DNA of 51,083 bases from IMG/VR virus record IMGVR_UViG_2541047841_000011. The stretch is one strand, 5' to 3'. Source of the stretch: a virus (lineage: Duplodnaviria > Heunggongvirae > Uroviricota > Caudoviricetes). The notes below the pieces were generated by a model that was not told where the DNA came from, made no database searches, and saw only the letters and a program-made list of their open reading frames with translations. Positions 25,942-35,890 of this stretch are shown piece by piece. Position 1 is the stretch's first letter, and every line of letters begins with the position of its first letter. The position numbers were made by a program, and so were the translations under genes.

Positions 25942-28470
25942 TTAAACGCTCGCTACATTATACCATGTGCCATTTATATACTTTTGAACGGGTCTGTAAT
26001 AAACACCCGCAATATTATCGGCGGAGTTGGAACCTGTATCCTGAACATTTATACCAGACAATACATGACCTGAAGGGCACTGGAAGTTCCATGTTTGCCA
26101 GTTGTTCACACCATAATATTGCTGTGAGCCAAGCCGAACATCTTTCACATATCTGGAATCAATGTTACCCCAGTTGCTTGGTTGTATCTGACCGTTTACA
26201 GCAAATGTCACCGAGTTATCTGTATTTCGCTGACTATAGAAATGCCAGCCTGAATCATCACCAAGCTCTGCAACAGTTGGTCTTGACGAATTTCCCCACA
26301 AGTTAAATGATGCATTACGGGCAGCGGTATTTGCACTTGAAAGTGTGAATAACTTACTTTCCCCAGCCTGAATACCCTTTAATGATATTGCTGAGCCATT
26401 TCTAAAGCGGAATACATGCACACCATTAGCATAAGCATCCAGCACCCCATCACCATTTTGTTTAAACCCAGTATCGTTATCTCCTAAAACTATTGAATTT
26501 CCCCCCAGGGCATTAGCCGTTCCAATCCCCAGATTTCCGCTAAAAATGGCATTAATACCGAATATTGAGTGAGAACAATAAAACCCTCGCCCATTGTTAA
26601 AATCCAGAATGGCTTGTGCGTTCGTGCTTTCTGTCGCGGGATTAGTTGCTCCCCACTTATATGTTGTTTGACCGACGGTATAATCCTGAGTTGGAACAAT
26701 AACCGTTAGCCCTTCTTCGGCAAAAACTCGCACAGGAAAAGCCCTGCCTTCAACGTAAAAAACGCTGCATACATCATCTTCTTTAAGGCTTGTTACAATG
26801 GAATGGATTGCGCGCTCATTAGTCTGATACGTCGAAAAATAACCTGCCGCATATGAACCACGATCAGTCCAGCCACCAGGCATTACCATTCCATTGAATT
26901 CGCAGTTATTCATTGCGTAATCACCACTGGCAGATGTGGTCGTTATAATCACTCTGGAAGCCAGCTCGCCAGTGCTGCCTGTGGAACGCCGGAAAATAAC
27001 TGGATACCACTTTCCACCAACTGCATTAGACGGCGCATTAAATGCGTACTGCCGCATTCCTTTTTTCTTATCCACCTCGCCTTTGCTGTAAACATTAATG
27101 TTACTCAGGAAGCGATCCTTATCAGGAATATCCGCGCCGTTCTGTTTTTTTTGTAATGCGCCAGAAGCCAGATTTACCGTTTCCTGCAAACCGAGGTATT
27201 CGATAACGGCAGCAACGGTCGATTTCGCAAGAATATCCCGCCCGACTTTTGTCAGGGTTGCCAGGCTGGCGACATCATTCCCCGTAAAATACGGAAACCT
27301 GTCTGCCGCAGTAGCAAGCCCGGCCAGCGCCGTCAGGGTGGCATCTTTCGGTTGCTTACCCGCAAGCGCGTTAGTCATGGTGGTCGCAAAATTCGGGTCG
27401 TTTCCCAGCGCCGCCGCTAACTTGTTCAGCGTATTCAGTGCGTCAGGTGACGAATCTACAAGGGCGGCAATCGCAGCCATAACGAAAGCCGTGCTTGCGA
27501 TTTGGGTATTATTCGTTCCCTGTCGCGCAGTTGGCGTTGTTGGCGTTCCGGTCAGCGCAGGACTGTTTAAAGGCGCTTTCTTGTTCGTTTCATCCATTAC
27601 CGCCTTAACCGCTTTTGGTGTCGCAGCCAGCGTTTCAGACGGGCTGTTAGTGGCGCTACTGAGCTGAACTATCCCTTTTCGTGCCGTCGTTGCGTCCTGA
27701 GCGGTATATTTTGCGTTAGCAAGGTCATATGCCGCCTTTACTGCTTTCGGCGTTGCAGCCTGCGTTTCAGACGTGCTGTTGGTTGCACTGCTGAGCTGGA
27801 CTATCCCTTTTCGTGCCGTCGTGGCGTCCTGAGCGGTATATTTTCCGTTAGCCAGGTCATACGCGGCCTTAACCGCTTTCGGCGTTGCGGCCAGCGTTTC
27901 AGAATCGCTGTTAGTGGCGCTACTGAGTTGAACAAAGCCTTTTGCGGTCAGCGAGGCATCCGGGTGACGTCGTGACTGTTCATGCTCTTTCAGTTTGTCA
28001 TCCACGTAATCCACTGTGGCCATCACCATGGTGTTATCCACGGTAAGCGCCACGCTGGCAGTGCTGGATACGGTCAGAATGGTGCGAAATGTTTGTGCAC
28101 GTCCGGACCCCTCGGCAACGGTTGGCTTGTAACTTTCGGCAGTATTGCCCACCGCGATTAAATCGCCGTGCTCATCAAATACACCAATTTCCCGGATCCA
28201 GAATCCGCCCGTTTCAGGAGGTATAACCAGCTCCGCAATAATGCGGTTCTGATGTGTTGCGTCCAGGATGACGCGATTAACAGTGTGTCGCCACACCTCA
28301 TGCACCAGACGGGTCTGCTTACTGTCTGGTGTGGGCAACGTGCCGCCACCGTCGCCCACGGCCATATGAGTCAGGCGGACAGGCTTACCATCTGGCGCGG
28401 CTGCCTGAGCTAATTTTTTTGCACCTGTATCGGTGATAACGGTTTTAAATTTTCGTGTTGTGGTACTCAT
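25942..28470 (-). CDS. Tail fibre protein H, variant 2 (constant N-terminus plus variable C-terminus Hv2, P2 H-like tip)
   Basis: 842 aa; first roughly 430 aa identical to variant 1; C-terminus ends ...[13 protein letters not shown]...RYVKDVRLG...[13 protein letters not shown], which resembles my recollection of the P2 gpH end. Confidence 0.9.
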   Translation of the reverse strand: MSTTTRKFKTVITDTGAKKLAQAAAPDGKPVRLTHMAVGDGGGTLPTPDSKQTRLVHEVWRHTVNRVILDATHQNRIIAELVIPPETGGFWIREIGVFDEHGDLIAVGNTAESYKPTVAEGSGRAQTFRTILTVSSTASVALTVDNTMVMATVDYVDDKLKEHEQSRRHPDASLTAKGFVQLSSATNSDSETLAATPKAVKAAYDLANGKYTAQDATTARKGIVQLSSATNSTSETQAATPKAVKAAYDLANAKYTAQDATTARKGIVQLSSATNSPSETLAATPKAVKAVMDETNKKAPLNSPALTGTPTTPTARQGTNNTQIASTAFVMAAIAALVDSSPDALNTLNKLAAALGNDPNFATTMTNALAGKQPKDATLTALAGLATAADRFPYFTGNDVASLATLTKVGRDILAKSTVAAVIEYLGLQETVNLASGALQKKQNGADIPDKDRFLSNINVYSKGEVDKKKGMRQYAFNAPSNAVGGKWYPVIFRRSTGSTGELASRVIITTTSASGDYAMNNCEFNGMVMPGGWTDRGSYAAGYFSTYQTNERAIHSIVTSLKEDDVCSVFYVEGRAFPVRVFAEEGLTVIVPTQDYTVGQTTYKWGATNPATESTNAQAILDFNNGRGFYCSHSIFGINAIFSGNLGIGTANALGGNSIVLGDNDTGFKQNGDGVLDAYANGVHVFRFRNGSAISLKGIQAGESKLFTLSSANTAARNASFNLWGNSSRPTVAELGDDSGWHFYSQRNTDNSVTFAVNGQIQPSNWGNIDSRYVKDVRLGSQQYYGVNNWQTWNFQCPSGHVLSGINVQDTGSNSADNIAGVYYRPVQKYINGTWYNVASV
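27181..27206. other. Right crossover site for a Din-family serine invertase (gix-like)
   Basis: TTCCTGCAAACC-GA-GGTATTCGATAA, reverse complement of the left site except one base (27187). Confidence 0.75.
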
Positions 28471-28472
28471 GC

Positions 28473-29003
28473 TTAATCGTCCGGATAAATGGTAATAACT
28501 TCACCGTCATAAGTTGCCGCCGCTGCGAAAATATCCCCCGGAATTTCCTGAATGATATTCAGCCCTGTCATGTGGCGGCTGACCGGGCGGGCATCAGCAA
28601 TCAACCGCTCCATTTCCAGATACATTTCCTCCGTCACGCCACTGTCCAGTGTGCCGACTTCAACGGTAAATGTTCCCGGTTCTCCGCCGAACTCCCACCA
28701 CTCAGACACGCGAATGAGGTATCCCAGCGGCTCAATGGCCCTGCGCAGTGCGCTGATGGTCCCTTTGTGTCGGTGTATCAGCCATGCATCACGAATAACC
28801 TGTCGCTTTGTCTCTTCCGGCCAGTTGCGATCCCAGCGGTCAACGGAAAATGCCCAGGCGAGATAGGGCAGCAGATGCACCGGGCAGGTATCCGGCGACC
28901 ACAGTGTGTTGAGGTCTACCGGAATGTCTGTAATGCGTGTTCCGACGGCTTCGGCACAACGCATGAAATTGCTGGCTGATGGTGGTAACAACGAATTACT
29001 CAT
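28473..29003 (-). CDS. I: Baseplate protein (gpI-like), mirror copy
   Basis: Exact inverted copy of 22081..22611. Confidence 0.83.
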   Translation of the reverse strand: MSNSLLPPSASNFMRCAEAVGTRITDIPVDLNTLWSPDTCPVHLLPYLAWAFSVDRWDRNWPEETKRQVIRDAWLIHRHKGTISALRRAIEPLGYLIRVSEWWEFGGEPGTFTVEVGTLDSGVTEEMYLEMERLIADARPVSRHMTGLNIIQEIPGDIFAAAATYDGEVITIYPDD

Positions 29004-29892
29004 TGCGCCCACCTTCGCTGATGGTGAATGACTCACAGCGCGCCGCCTGTATGTCGCTGATGGCCATATTCTGTGTGGGTTCGATTATCTCCACGCGTTG
29101 CACACCGTGCACATGCAGTGCGGCAGCAATGGCGGACAACGCCACGTCCTGACCGATAAGCCCCTGCTCAGCCAGCCACTTCCTGAACGACGATTCCGCC
29201 GCAGCCAGAATAGGTTCGGATTCCGGACCGGGGTAAAAGTACAGTTTTGCATTCAGCCGCCATGTCACGATTCTGGCGCTCTGTACGGTCAGGCGGTCGG
29301 CCACCGGGCGGGTGTCCTCTGCATTCAGAACGGCGCGAACGGTATTAAGCAACGCCTCCGTTGCTGTGCCGTCGCCTTCAGTGGACAGAATGGAAACCGT
29401 CACATTTGCCGGAGACGGACTGATAGCCCGCGCATCACGCACCAGACCGCTGGCGCTGCGGGCAAAATACTCGTATGCACCTGACGGGCCAGCAACACTC
29501 AGGCCATCGTACGCCCGCTGCGCCCGCAGTCTCAGCGAGGTGTCACTTTCCATCACTGCGTCGGTGGTATCCGTTGCCGGAGTGATGGTCAGGCGCTTTG
29601 TGTTCATATTGCCCGCGAGGTTGTCCAGGTCTGTCCCGGCGCTGTGGCTTAACATGCAGGCGCGTGCCCCCTCATTGACCCGCTGGCGTAACAGCATTTC
29701 ACGAAACGCTGTTGTCTGGGCGATAACGTTCAGGGGTTCCGATTCCAGCTCCAGCGCGGCGGAAACGGCTTCACGCTGTTCGGCGTGATAAGCCGCAATC
29801 ATCATGGCCTTTGTGTCAGCCAGAATTGCCTCAAAGTCAGGCTCCGCGATGATGGCGGGTTCCGGTAACTGGGAAAGGTCAACGGCAGGCAT
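28996..29892 (-). CDS. J: Baseplate assembly protein (gpJ-like), mirror copy
   Basis: Exact inverted copy of 21192..22088. Confidence 0.88.
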   Translation of the reverse strand: MPAVDLSQLPEPAIIAEPDFEAILADTKAMMIAAYHAEQREAVSAALELESEPLNVIAQTTAFREMLLRQRVNEGARACMLSHSAGTDLDNLAGNMNTKRLTITPATDTTDAVMESDTSLRLRAQRAYDGLSVAGPSGAYEYFARSASGLVRDARAISPSPANVTVSILSTEGDGTATEALLNTVRAVLNAEDTRPVADRLTVQSARIVTWRLNAKLYFYPGPESEPILAAAESSFRKWLAEQGLIGQDVALSAIAAALHVHGVQRVEIIEPTQNMAISDIQAARCESFTISEGGRNE

Positions 29893-29895
29893 GAT

Positions 29896-30246
29896 TTACT
29901 CCCTCAGCGTGATGGTTAATTCAACATTCTGCATGGTCTGCATGACAGTGCCCGACAGCGTCACCCCGGCGCGGCCTCCCGCTTTCCAGACAACGTCGAT
30001 GGCATCCAGGGCAATGCGGGGTTCCCATCGTGTCAGCGCAATCACGGCAGCACTCATGCATTGCAGACGCGTGGTGTTATTCATGGGTTCGTCAATCAAA
30101 TCAGGCACAAGGCTGCCATATTCCCGTCGCATAACCCGGCTTGCCAGCGGGGTGGTCAGGATATCCCTGACTGACTGTTTCAGGTGCTCCATATCGTTCA
30201 GGTTTCCCGTCCCGTCCGGATTCATTCCTGTGTAGCGGGTTGTCAC
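29896..30246 (-). CDS. W: Baseplate wedge protein (gpW-like), mirror copy
   Basis: Exact inverted copy of 20838..21188. Confidence 0.85.
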   Translation of the reverse strand: MTTRYTGMNPDGTGNLNDMEHLKQSVRDILTTPLASRVMRREYGSLVPDLIDEPMNNTTRLQCMSAAVIALTRWEPRIALDAIDVVWKAGGRAGVTLSGTVMQTMQNVELTITLRE

Positions 30247-30824
30247 TGCGGGCCTCCTGTCGAATCGCTGCCGCCTTTCACGCCACCGTGTTTATGCGTA
30301 TGCACGGTAATGCCGTTTGAGGTGAAGTTGCCGCCGCTGTGCGTGATATTGCCGCTCATCTTTCCTCCTTTTGTGACGTCAAGCGTCGCCGTTCTCAGAA
30401 GGTCTGTGCATTCCACGACGGGCGTGTCCAGTGTCACGCTGACGGATGCCTGCAGGGTGGCTGTTTTCATGCCGCTGGCGCTCAGTGCGCCTGCTTCCGC
30501 GTCGTAGCGGAACACCGCGCCATCCGGCGCGCTGACCACGATTTCTTTCAGGCTTTTGCCGGGGGCCGGACTGGCATCACTCCACAGGCTGCCAATTATC
30601 ATGGCGGTTTCCGGGTTGCCGCCAATGCAGGCAATTACCACCTGTTCGCCTGGTGATGGCGGCAGCCATACATTGAAGGCTCCCGCGCGCGTGGTGTTCC
30701 AGCGCAGCCAGCCTGTTTCCAGTTCGCCGCTGCGAACGCGCACGCACCAGGATTCCTCATCAACTTCAGAGATGATCCCGGTACGGATGATGTTGCTCAG
30801 CAGTCGCATGAGTTCTGCGCTCAC
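30243..30824 (-). CDS. V: Baseplate spike protein (gpV-like), mirror copy
   Basis: Exact inverted copy of 20260..20841. Confidence 0.9.
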   Translation of the reverse strand: MSAELMRLLSNIIRTGIISEVDEESWCVRVRSGELETGWLRWNTTRAGAFNVWLPPSPGEQVVIACIGGNPETAMIIGSLWSDASPAPGKSLKEIVVSAPDGAVFRYDAEAGALSASGMKTATLQASVSVTLDTPVVECTDLLRTATLDVTKGGKMSGNITHSGGNFTSNGITVHTHKHGGVKGGSDSTGGPQ

Positions 30825-31456
30825 CGTACAGCCTCCGCAATCCGGCCCAGCACCGTGTTATAAATCAGGCGCTCATCTGCCTGGCTGATACCCAGCAGCT
30901 CACGTACCGGGTAATCGGTGAAAATGCCCGGCGCAACCTGATCGCGCTCACCGAACTGATGAACGCGTGCAATACGTGCGGCCACGCCGCTGTAACCCAC
31001 CGTCACACCGGAAGCATCTGCACGGGCTTTCAGGTAGCGGGCGGTGCGCAGTTTTACGAACATGGGGACGCGCTTTGTGCTGTCCTGGTTGATGCGCCGG
31101 GTGCGTATTTCCAGAAAACGGTCGATGTCATCCCGGTAAAACGTGCGGATATTGTTTTTATCCTCATCCCACCCGGTAATGGTTCGCCCGTATTTCCCCG
31201 TGTCGTGATGCCAGTTTTTCAGCGTGCGTGCTTCGTTATTCCAGATAAAGCGAATGCGCTCCTGTATCCGGGTTACGCGGCGTCTGCGTGGTGTCCATGC
31301 GGTCCCGTCCGGCGCTTTCTGTGACCGGATGCGCGCCTGCTGGGCGCGGCGTAAATCCTGTGCCAGCTTTCTGGCGATGTTATTGATGGCCTGCTGATTC
31401 AGGCTGTCGCGGATGGCCTCAAAGGTTTCATCCACACGGGTGAATGCCTTATCCAT
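30821..31456 (-). CDS. S: Tail completion protein (gpS-like), mirror copy
   Basis: Exact inverted copy of 19628..20263. Confidence 0.78.
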   Translation of the reverse strand: MDKAFTRVDETFEAIRDSLNQQAINNIARKLAQDLRRAQQARIRSQKAPDGTAWTPRRRRVTRIQERIRFIWNNEARTLKNWHHDTGKYGRTITGWDEDKNNIRTFYRDDIDRFLEIRTRRINQDSTKRVPMFVKLRTARYLKARADASGVTVGYSGVAARIARVHQFGERDQVAPGIFTDYPVRELLGISQADERLIYNTVLGRIAEAVR

Positions 31457-31916
31457 CGCTTTCACCCCACGTCACATCCTGGAATATATGCGACCAGTCG
31501 CCTTCGGAAGATGGCAGACGGGGTTTTGGCTCCGGCAGGTGCTCTGCCTGCGGTGTCCCCTGACTGCTGCGCGTAATGCGAACGCGTTCCCGCAGGGGGA
31601 GCGTAAACAGGAGATCGGCGCTGTCATCGTCATTGATAACGGCGGAGAATTTGATGTCCTGATTACGCTCCGGATTGAGCAACAACTGTGGCTGATTTTC
31701 GGATAACCACGCCAGTAGCGGCAGCGTGAGGTCGTCCAGCTCCCCGGCGTAATCCATGACAAACATCACCATCTGATAGCGGTAAACAAACGAGGGCGTT
31801 TCTCCGGTCGTTTCAATGTTGCCGCTCTCCACGAAAATGGTGAATTTTTCCGGGTTGGCCTGACACCATCGGCATGAACGGGTCATGGCTTCACGCAGGG
31901 AATCAGTTTTCAGCAT
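31449..31916 (-). CDS. R: Tail completion protein (gpR-like), mirror copy
   Basis: Exact inverted copy of 19168..19635. Confidence 0.8.
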   Translation of the reverse strand: MLKTDSLREAMTRSCRWCQANPEKFTIFVESGNIETTGETPSFVYRYQMVMFVMDYAGELDDLTLPLLAWLSENQPQLLLNPERNQDIKFSAVINDDDSADLLFTLPLRERVRITRSSQGTPQAEHLPEPKPRLPSSEGDWSHIFQDVTWGESDG

Positions 31917-32193
31917 GGTTGTTGTCCTCGTTGTTCAGTCGTTGCAGCCTGCGCTGTTCCAGTAATTCAATGGCCCGTTTATCCGCGTTACAGGTTTCCA
32001 GTGCATCCAGAAGGCGGTCGCCCCATATACCGAGATTTCCCCATGTGGGAGTGTCAGGGAAGGGGGGAGGCGTTACCGGTATGGTCAGCGTCTGCGGTAT
32101 AAGCCGGACTGACGGCGCTGGCCGTAGCGCGTTCTGCGTGCCTGCGCAGCCTGTCAGTAAAACGAGCGTCAGGCAAAGCGTGGGCGCATTCAT
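31903..32193 (-). CDS. o-spanin lipoprotein, mirror copy
   Basis: Exact inverted copy of 18891..19181. Confidence 0.55.
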   Translation of the reverse strand: MNAPTLCLTLVLLTGCAGTQNALRPAPSVRLIPQTLTIPVTPPPFPDTPTWGNLGIWGDRLLDALETCNADKRAIELLEQRRLQRLNNEDNNHAEN

Positions 32194-32461
32194 CTTTTGC
32201 AATATCGTTGCGTAGCTGTTCACGTCTTGCCTCTCCGTCCTGATTGCGTTGCTGATTTTCCACGCGGAGTTGCGCCAGCACCTGCTGCATATCCTGTACC
32301 CCGGCGCTGATGATATTCAGGGTGTCGGCGGTACGTTTCAGGGTGCTGGCCTGCGCTTCGTTTCTGGCGTTCTCCCGGCCCAGCGACCATGACAGACGCA
32401 TGGATGTTCCCCATCCGGCAATCAGAAGGAAAGCAACGCCAAGCGTTGGCCAGAGCTTCAT
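32054..32461 (-). CDS. i-spanin, mirror copy
   Basis: Exact inverted copy of 18623..19030. Confidence 0.6.
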   Translation of the reverse strand: MKLWPTLGVAFLLIAGWGTSMRLSWSLGRENARNEAQASTLKRTADTLNIISAGVQDMQQVLAQLRVENQQRNQDGEARREQLRNDIAKDECAHALPDARFTDRLRRHAERATASAVSPAYTADADHTGNASPLP

Positions 32462-32850
32462 GCCGGATAGGCTCCGTGTGGTAACTGAAAATGCGGTCCG
32501 TCTTTCAGGGTCTTCCAGTCGCCGCCCCATTCCACCGGAATATTCAGTTCCCGGCTGGCCTGTTTGAATGCGGCTGCGATTTTTTCGTACAGCGGCCATT
32601 CCCATGACACTTGGCTGCCGATATAAGCCACAACATCCACGGCATGTCCCGTAAGGTGGCGGCTGTTCATGGTCTGGCTCTTACCTGTGGCCACAAGTTG
32701 CTTCTGGCGGTAACGACTGCGCAACCCTTCGGTGATACCAAAATCCACTTCCGAAATTTCCAGTGCCCGTCGGGTCACTTTCACCAGATCAGGATTTACG
32801 CCCTGCAAATTCTTTTCGCTCCGGCTGCTGAATTTAAATGTGTTGCTCAT
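32458..32850 (-). CDS. Endolysin (peptidase M15-type), mirror copy
   Basis: Exact inverted copy of 18234..18626. Confidence 0.8.
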   Translation of the reverse strand: MSNTFKFSSRSEKNLQGVNPDLVKVTRRALEISEVDFGITEGLRSRYRQKQLVATGKSQTMNSRHLTGHAVDVVAYIGSQVSWEWPLYEKIAAAFKQASRELNIPVEWGGDWKTLKDGPHFQLPHGAYPA

Positions 32851-33170
32851 TCGTCCTTCTCCTTCACCCTGCGATTAAAGGCCGCAATAACCTTATCGCG
32901 TGCTTTCTCTGCCCCCATAAAACCGATTGATGCGCCGATAAACGTCACGGCATCTTCAGGAAAACCGAAGAAGCGCAACGACCCGGCCACAGCCATGGCA
33001 AGAACGCCGCACGCCAGCGATCCCGTTACGGTCTGAACCAGTGTTCGTCCGTCATAAAGACTCATCAGCGCGGAAATGCTGACCGCCGCGCCTACTGCAT
33101 ACACCGTTGGCAGGTGGTCAAAGAGCCATGCAATAACCTGCTCTGTGATCCCTGTTTGAATGGTGCTCAC
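32847..33170 (-). CDS. Holin, mirror copy
   Basis: Exact inverted copy of 17914..18237. Confidence 0.6.
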   Translation of the reverse strand: MSTIQTGITEQVIAWLFDHLPTVYAVGAAVSISALMSLYDGRTLVQTVTGSLACGVLAMAVAGSLRFFGFPEDAVTFIGASIGFMGAEKARDKVIAAFNRRVKEKDE

Positions 33171-33172
33171 TG

Positions 33173-33373
33173 CTACTCCCCCCACAACTGAATCATTTCT
33201 CGTTTCTTCTTCTCCGGCTCCGGCATCTCCACTTCCTGCCCGGCGTCCAGAAATACCTGCTGACAGAGTCCGGGGTTGGCATCCAGCACCTTTTCGGTGA
33301 CGCCCTGCGTCGTGCCGTAGTGCCGGAAACAGAGCGAATCCACGGTGTCGCCTTCCAGTGCCTTCACTTTCAT
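33173..33373 (-). CDS. X: Tail protein X, mirror copy
   Basis: Exact inverted copy of 17711..17911. Confidence 0.75.
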   Translation of the reverse strand: MKVKALEGDTVDSLCFRHYGTTQGVTEKVLDANPGLCQQVFLDAGQEVEMPEPEKKKREMIQLWGE

Positions 33374-33867
33374 CAGCACAACTCCGCAAAGATTCGCGGG
33401 CGGCACAGAATGTCAGAGATGGCCCAGCTCACATCACGCCACAAATCCGATGTCTGTATATCCAGAGCGTCCGCCCGGCGGTCGCCCTTGTCCGTTGTGT
33501 CTGCATCACGATAACGCTCCAGAATCAGGGCGCGCGTGGCGGTATAAACAGCATTGCGCCAGTGCCAGAGATTGACGCTTTCTCCGTTAATTACGGGTGC
33601 CGGAACATCGGCCAGCGTCTGATGGCCAGCCGCCTGCTGTTCCTGCTGCCACGCTTCCAGCTCGCGGGTAACGTGTGCCACGGCCCCGGTGGCGGTATGC
33701 AGCAGGCGGGAGGTGGTCACACGGCCCGGCAGTCGTATCGCCAGACGCAGCTCACGCAGCACAATATCCGGCCAGAATGCGCCCGCTGAAATACGGGTAT
33801 CACCATCATCGGTATCGGTGATGTCGTCCTCTGCGGGGCCGGGGTTGGTTCTGGCAACCATACTCAT
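33373..33867 (-). CDS. L: Head completion protein (gpL-like), mirror copy
   Basis: Exact inverted copy of 17217..17711. Confidence 0.8.
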   Translation of the reverse strand: MSMVARTNPGPAEDDITDTDDGDTRISAGAFWPDIVLRELRLAIRLPGRVTTSRLLHTATGAVAHVTRELEAWQQEQQAAGHQTLADVPAPVINGESVNLWHWRNAVYTATRALILERYRDADTTDKGDRRADALDIQTSDLWRDVSWAISDILCRPRIFAELC

Positions 33868-33968
33868 GGTGTTCACTCCTGAAAAAATCGGGCGGTGGGT
33901 GTGCGGTGTAAACGGTCACGGAGTCAAACCGGAACACCGCGCACGCCGCCCGCTGACGGGGTCAGTCG

Positions 33969-34769
33969 TTAACCGCGCTTCGCCTTCTGCGTCGCGGTGG
34001 TTTTTCGTGTTGCAGGCTTCCGCGTTGTCTTTTTACTTTTGCTGCTTTCGTCCTGCGCCTGCGGTGTGCTGGCATCTTCTGGTGCGGCTGCGGAATCGGC
34101 TTTTTTCAGGGCGCGGGAAAGGGTTGCAATCTCGCGTTTCACACCTGCGTTCGGGTTCAGGTGCATCGCTTCGCGCAGCAGCTTCAGTGATGAGGCCATG
34201 CTGTCCGCATCGGTCAGGCCACGACGGGCAAAGGCGCACGCCTTGCATAATTTGGCGCGCACTTCGTCCGGCATGTCCTGGTCGGTGACAATCTCCCGGA
34301 GGGTGTCCAGTGGTTCGATAAAGGCGGACAAATCCGCGTCGGCATCCGTCCCGGCCTGCGTCAGTACCGGATTACAGATTTCTTCGGTCAGTACCGTGGC
34401 AGCAGTACGGTCAAAGTTATCCGGCATGATGAGGTTGTGACGGACCACATACGCACCAATACGCAGCGCCAGCGGAAGATCGCCGCAGTCAATTGCCCAC
34501 ACCATCAGCGTGGCAATCACTTCATCTTGCTGCCCGCCGTCAGCCTCCAGCGTTCCCTCAATCCAGCCGGAAAAGTCCGGTAACAACTCTTTTTTGATGG
34601 CGGCTTTCGCGCTTCTGGCCTGTACGCCCTTAAGTCGGGCCTGTGCCAGACGCAGACGATACAGCACCTCTTCATGCGCGGTACGCGCGGCGTGGTCCAC
34701 GCCTTCATTCGCCCGGCCTGCGCGCTGTGCCATCACGTTCTGCCAGTGTTGCTGTGCAGGAGTAATCAT
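33969..34769 (-). CDS. M: Terminase small subunit (gpM-like), mirror copy
   Basis: Exact inverted copy of 16315..17115. Confidence 0.8.
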   Translation of the reverse strand: MITPAQQHWQNVMAQRAGRANEGVDHAARTAHEEVLYRLRLAQARLKGVQARSAKAAIKKELLPDFSGWIEGTLEADGGQQDEVIATLMVWAIDCGDLPLALRIGAYVVRHNLIMPDNFDRTAATVLTEEICNPVLTQAGTDADADLSAFIEPLDTLREIVTDQDMPDEVRAKLCKACAFARRGLTDADSMASSLKLLREAMHLNPNAGVKREIATLSRALKKADSAAAPEDASTPQAQDESSKSKKTTRKPATRKTTATQKAKRG

Positions 34770-34814
34770 TTTTTCTCTCCGTTACAGGCGGGCATGATGC
34801 CCGCCGTGAGTTGA

Positions 34815-35867
34815 TTAGCTGTCGGCGAACTTCAGGCCAGTGACCATCGCGCACTTGCCATAGTCTTCAACGACATAAGCGTCATTGATGGACTGGTAGG
34901 TGGCGATGCGGTTGTATTCCGGCTCGTCTTTCATCAGGCGACGCATTGTTCCTTTCTGCCAGTAAATCGACAGGTTGTTGAACGAGGTGATCAGCATCGT
35001 TGAATCCGGGAAGAACGGCGCAAGGAATACATCCAGTCCGCCAATGGCGCGCGATGACAGGATGAGCTGTCCGGCAAGTAATTCCGCATTGGGATTCTGG
35101 CCGCTGATGCTGTTCAGCACGGGCAGACGCAGCGAGTTAAACAGGTTGCGCCCCATAATCACCACGAGGTCGTCAGCTTCCTTGTGCCATTCATCCAGCA
35201 GGGATGAGCGCGCGTCCTGTACCAGTGCATCAGCGTTCGCATACTTACCCGCGTGCGCCACGGTGTTGTCCATGTTGCGGGAGGTCAGCGTCACGTCATT
35301 CATTACGCGCTCGCTGGCGTCGGTTCTGATGTGCTCCAGCCATCCCACGTTAACGTCCTGAAGCAGCTTGTTGGTGCTGAAGTTGGACTCATCTGCGTGA
35401 GACGTGCCGTTGAAACCGATCATGATGCGGTCAAGCGCCACCTGCCGGGCAATCTGTGTGCTGACGCGTGACTGAAAATCAGGGTGTGCCGCCCAGGCAT
35501 CAAGCTGCGGATACGAAATAAACGTGTCGTAGTTCACCTGTTCGCACTGATATTTACGGTTTTTCAGATCAACCACGTTATTCGGGTTACGGCGTTTTGT
35601 GCCGTCATAACTGGTATTCGTGCGCGCAATCGGCCCGGTGGTGTCCAGGAGGATTTTTTCGCCTTTCTGGTCGGTCACACCGAACACGTTAATTTTTTTT
35701 GTAAATTCAGTGCTCTCCTTTACTGCGTTTTCAAAACGCTGCTGCACCGAGGGTTCCACGGTAAATCGCGATACCAGTGCAGATACCGGGATGTTGTTAA
35801 GCGACGCCTGCTGCGCCATATAGCAACCCAGCTTGTTGCGGGTAATATCTGACATCACCAGATTCAT
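34815..35867 (-). CDS. N: Major capsid protein (gpN-like), mirror copy
   Basis: Exact inverted copy of 15217..16269. Confidence 0.9.
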   Translation of the reverse strand: MNLVMSDITRNKLGCYMAQQASLNNIPVSALVSRFTVEPSVQQRFENAVKESTEFTKKINVFGVTDQKGEKILLDTTGPIARTNTSYDGTKRRNPNNVVDLKNRKYQCEQVNYDTFISYPQLDAWAAHPDFQSRVSTQIARQVALDRIMIGFNGTSHADESNFSTNKLLQDVNVGWLEHIRTDASERVMNDVTLTSRNMDNTVAHAGKYANADALVQDARSSLLDEWHKEADDLVVIMGRNLFNSLRLPVLNSISGQNPNAELLAGQLILSSRAIGGLDVFLAPFFPDSTMLITSFNNLSIYWQKGTMRRLMKDEPEYNRIATYQSINDAYVVEDYGKCAMVTGLKFADS

Positions 35868-35890
35868 AAAAAATTTGCTCCTTTGTCTTA

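Larger units (their letters stand above)
23891..27193. other. Invertible tail-fibre cassette (Mu G-segment-like): Hv1, tfa1, tfa2, Hv2
   Basis: Bounded by inverted 26-bp crossover sites at mirror positions; holds two convergent sets of fibre C-terminus plus assembly chaperone; no invertase gene inside. Confidence 0.75.

Noticed and set aside
23897-27187. Search for a serine invertase (gin/cin/pin-like, about 190 aa) inside or next to the invertible cassette
   Set aside because: No ORF of suitable size or N-terminal resolvase pattern anywhere in the window; the recombinase must be in trans or lost to the palindromic junction.
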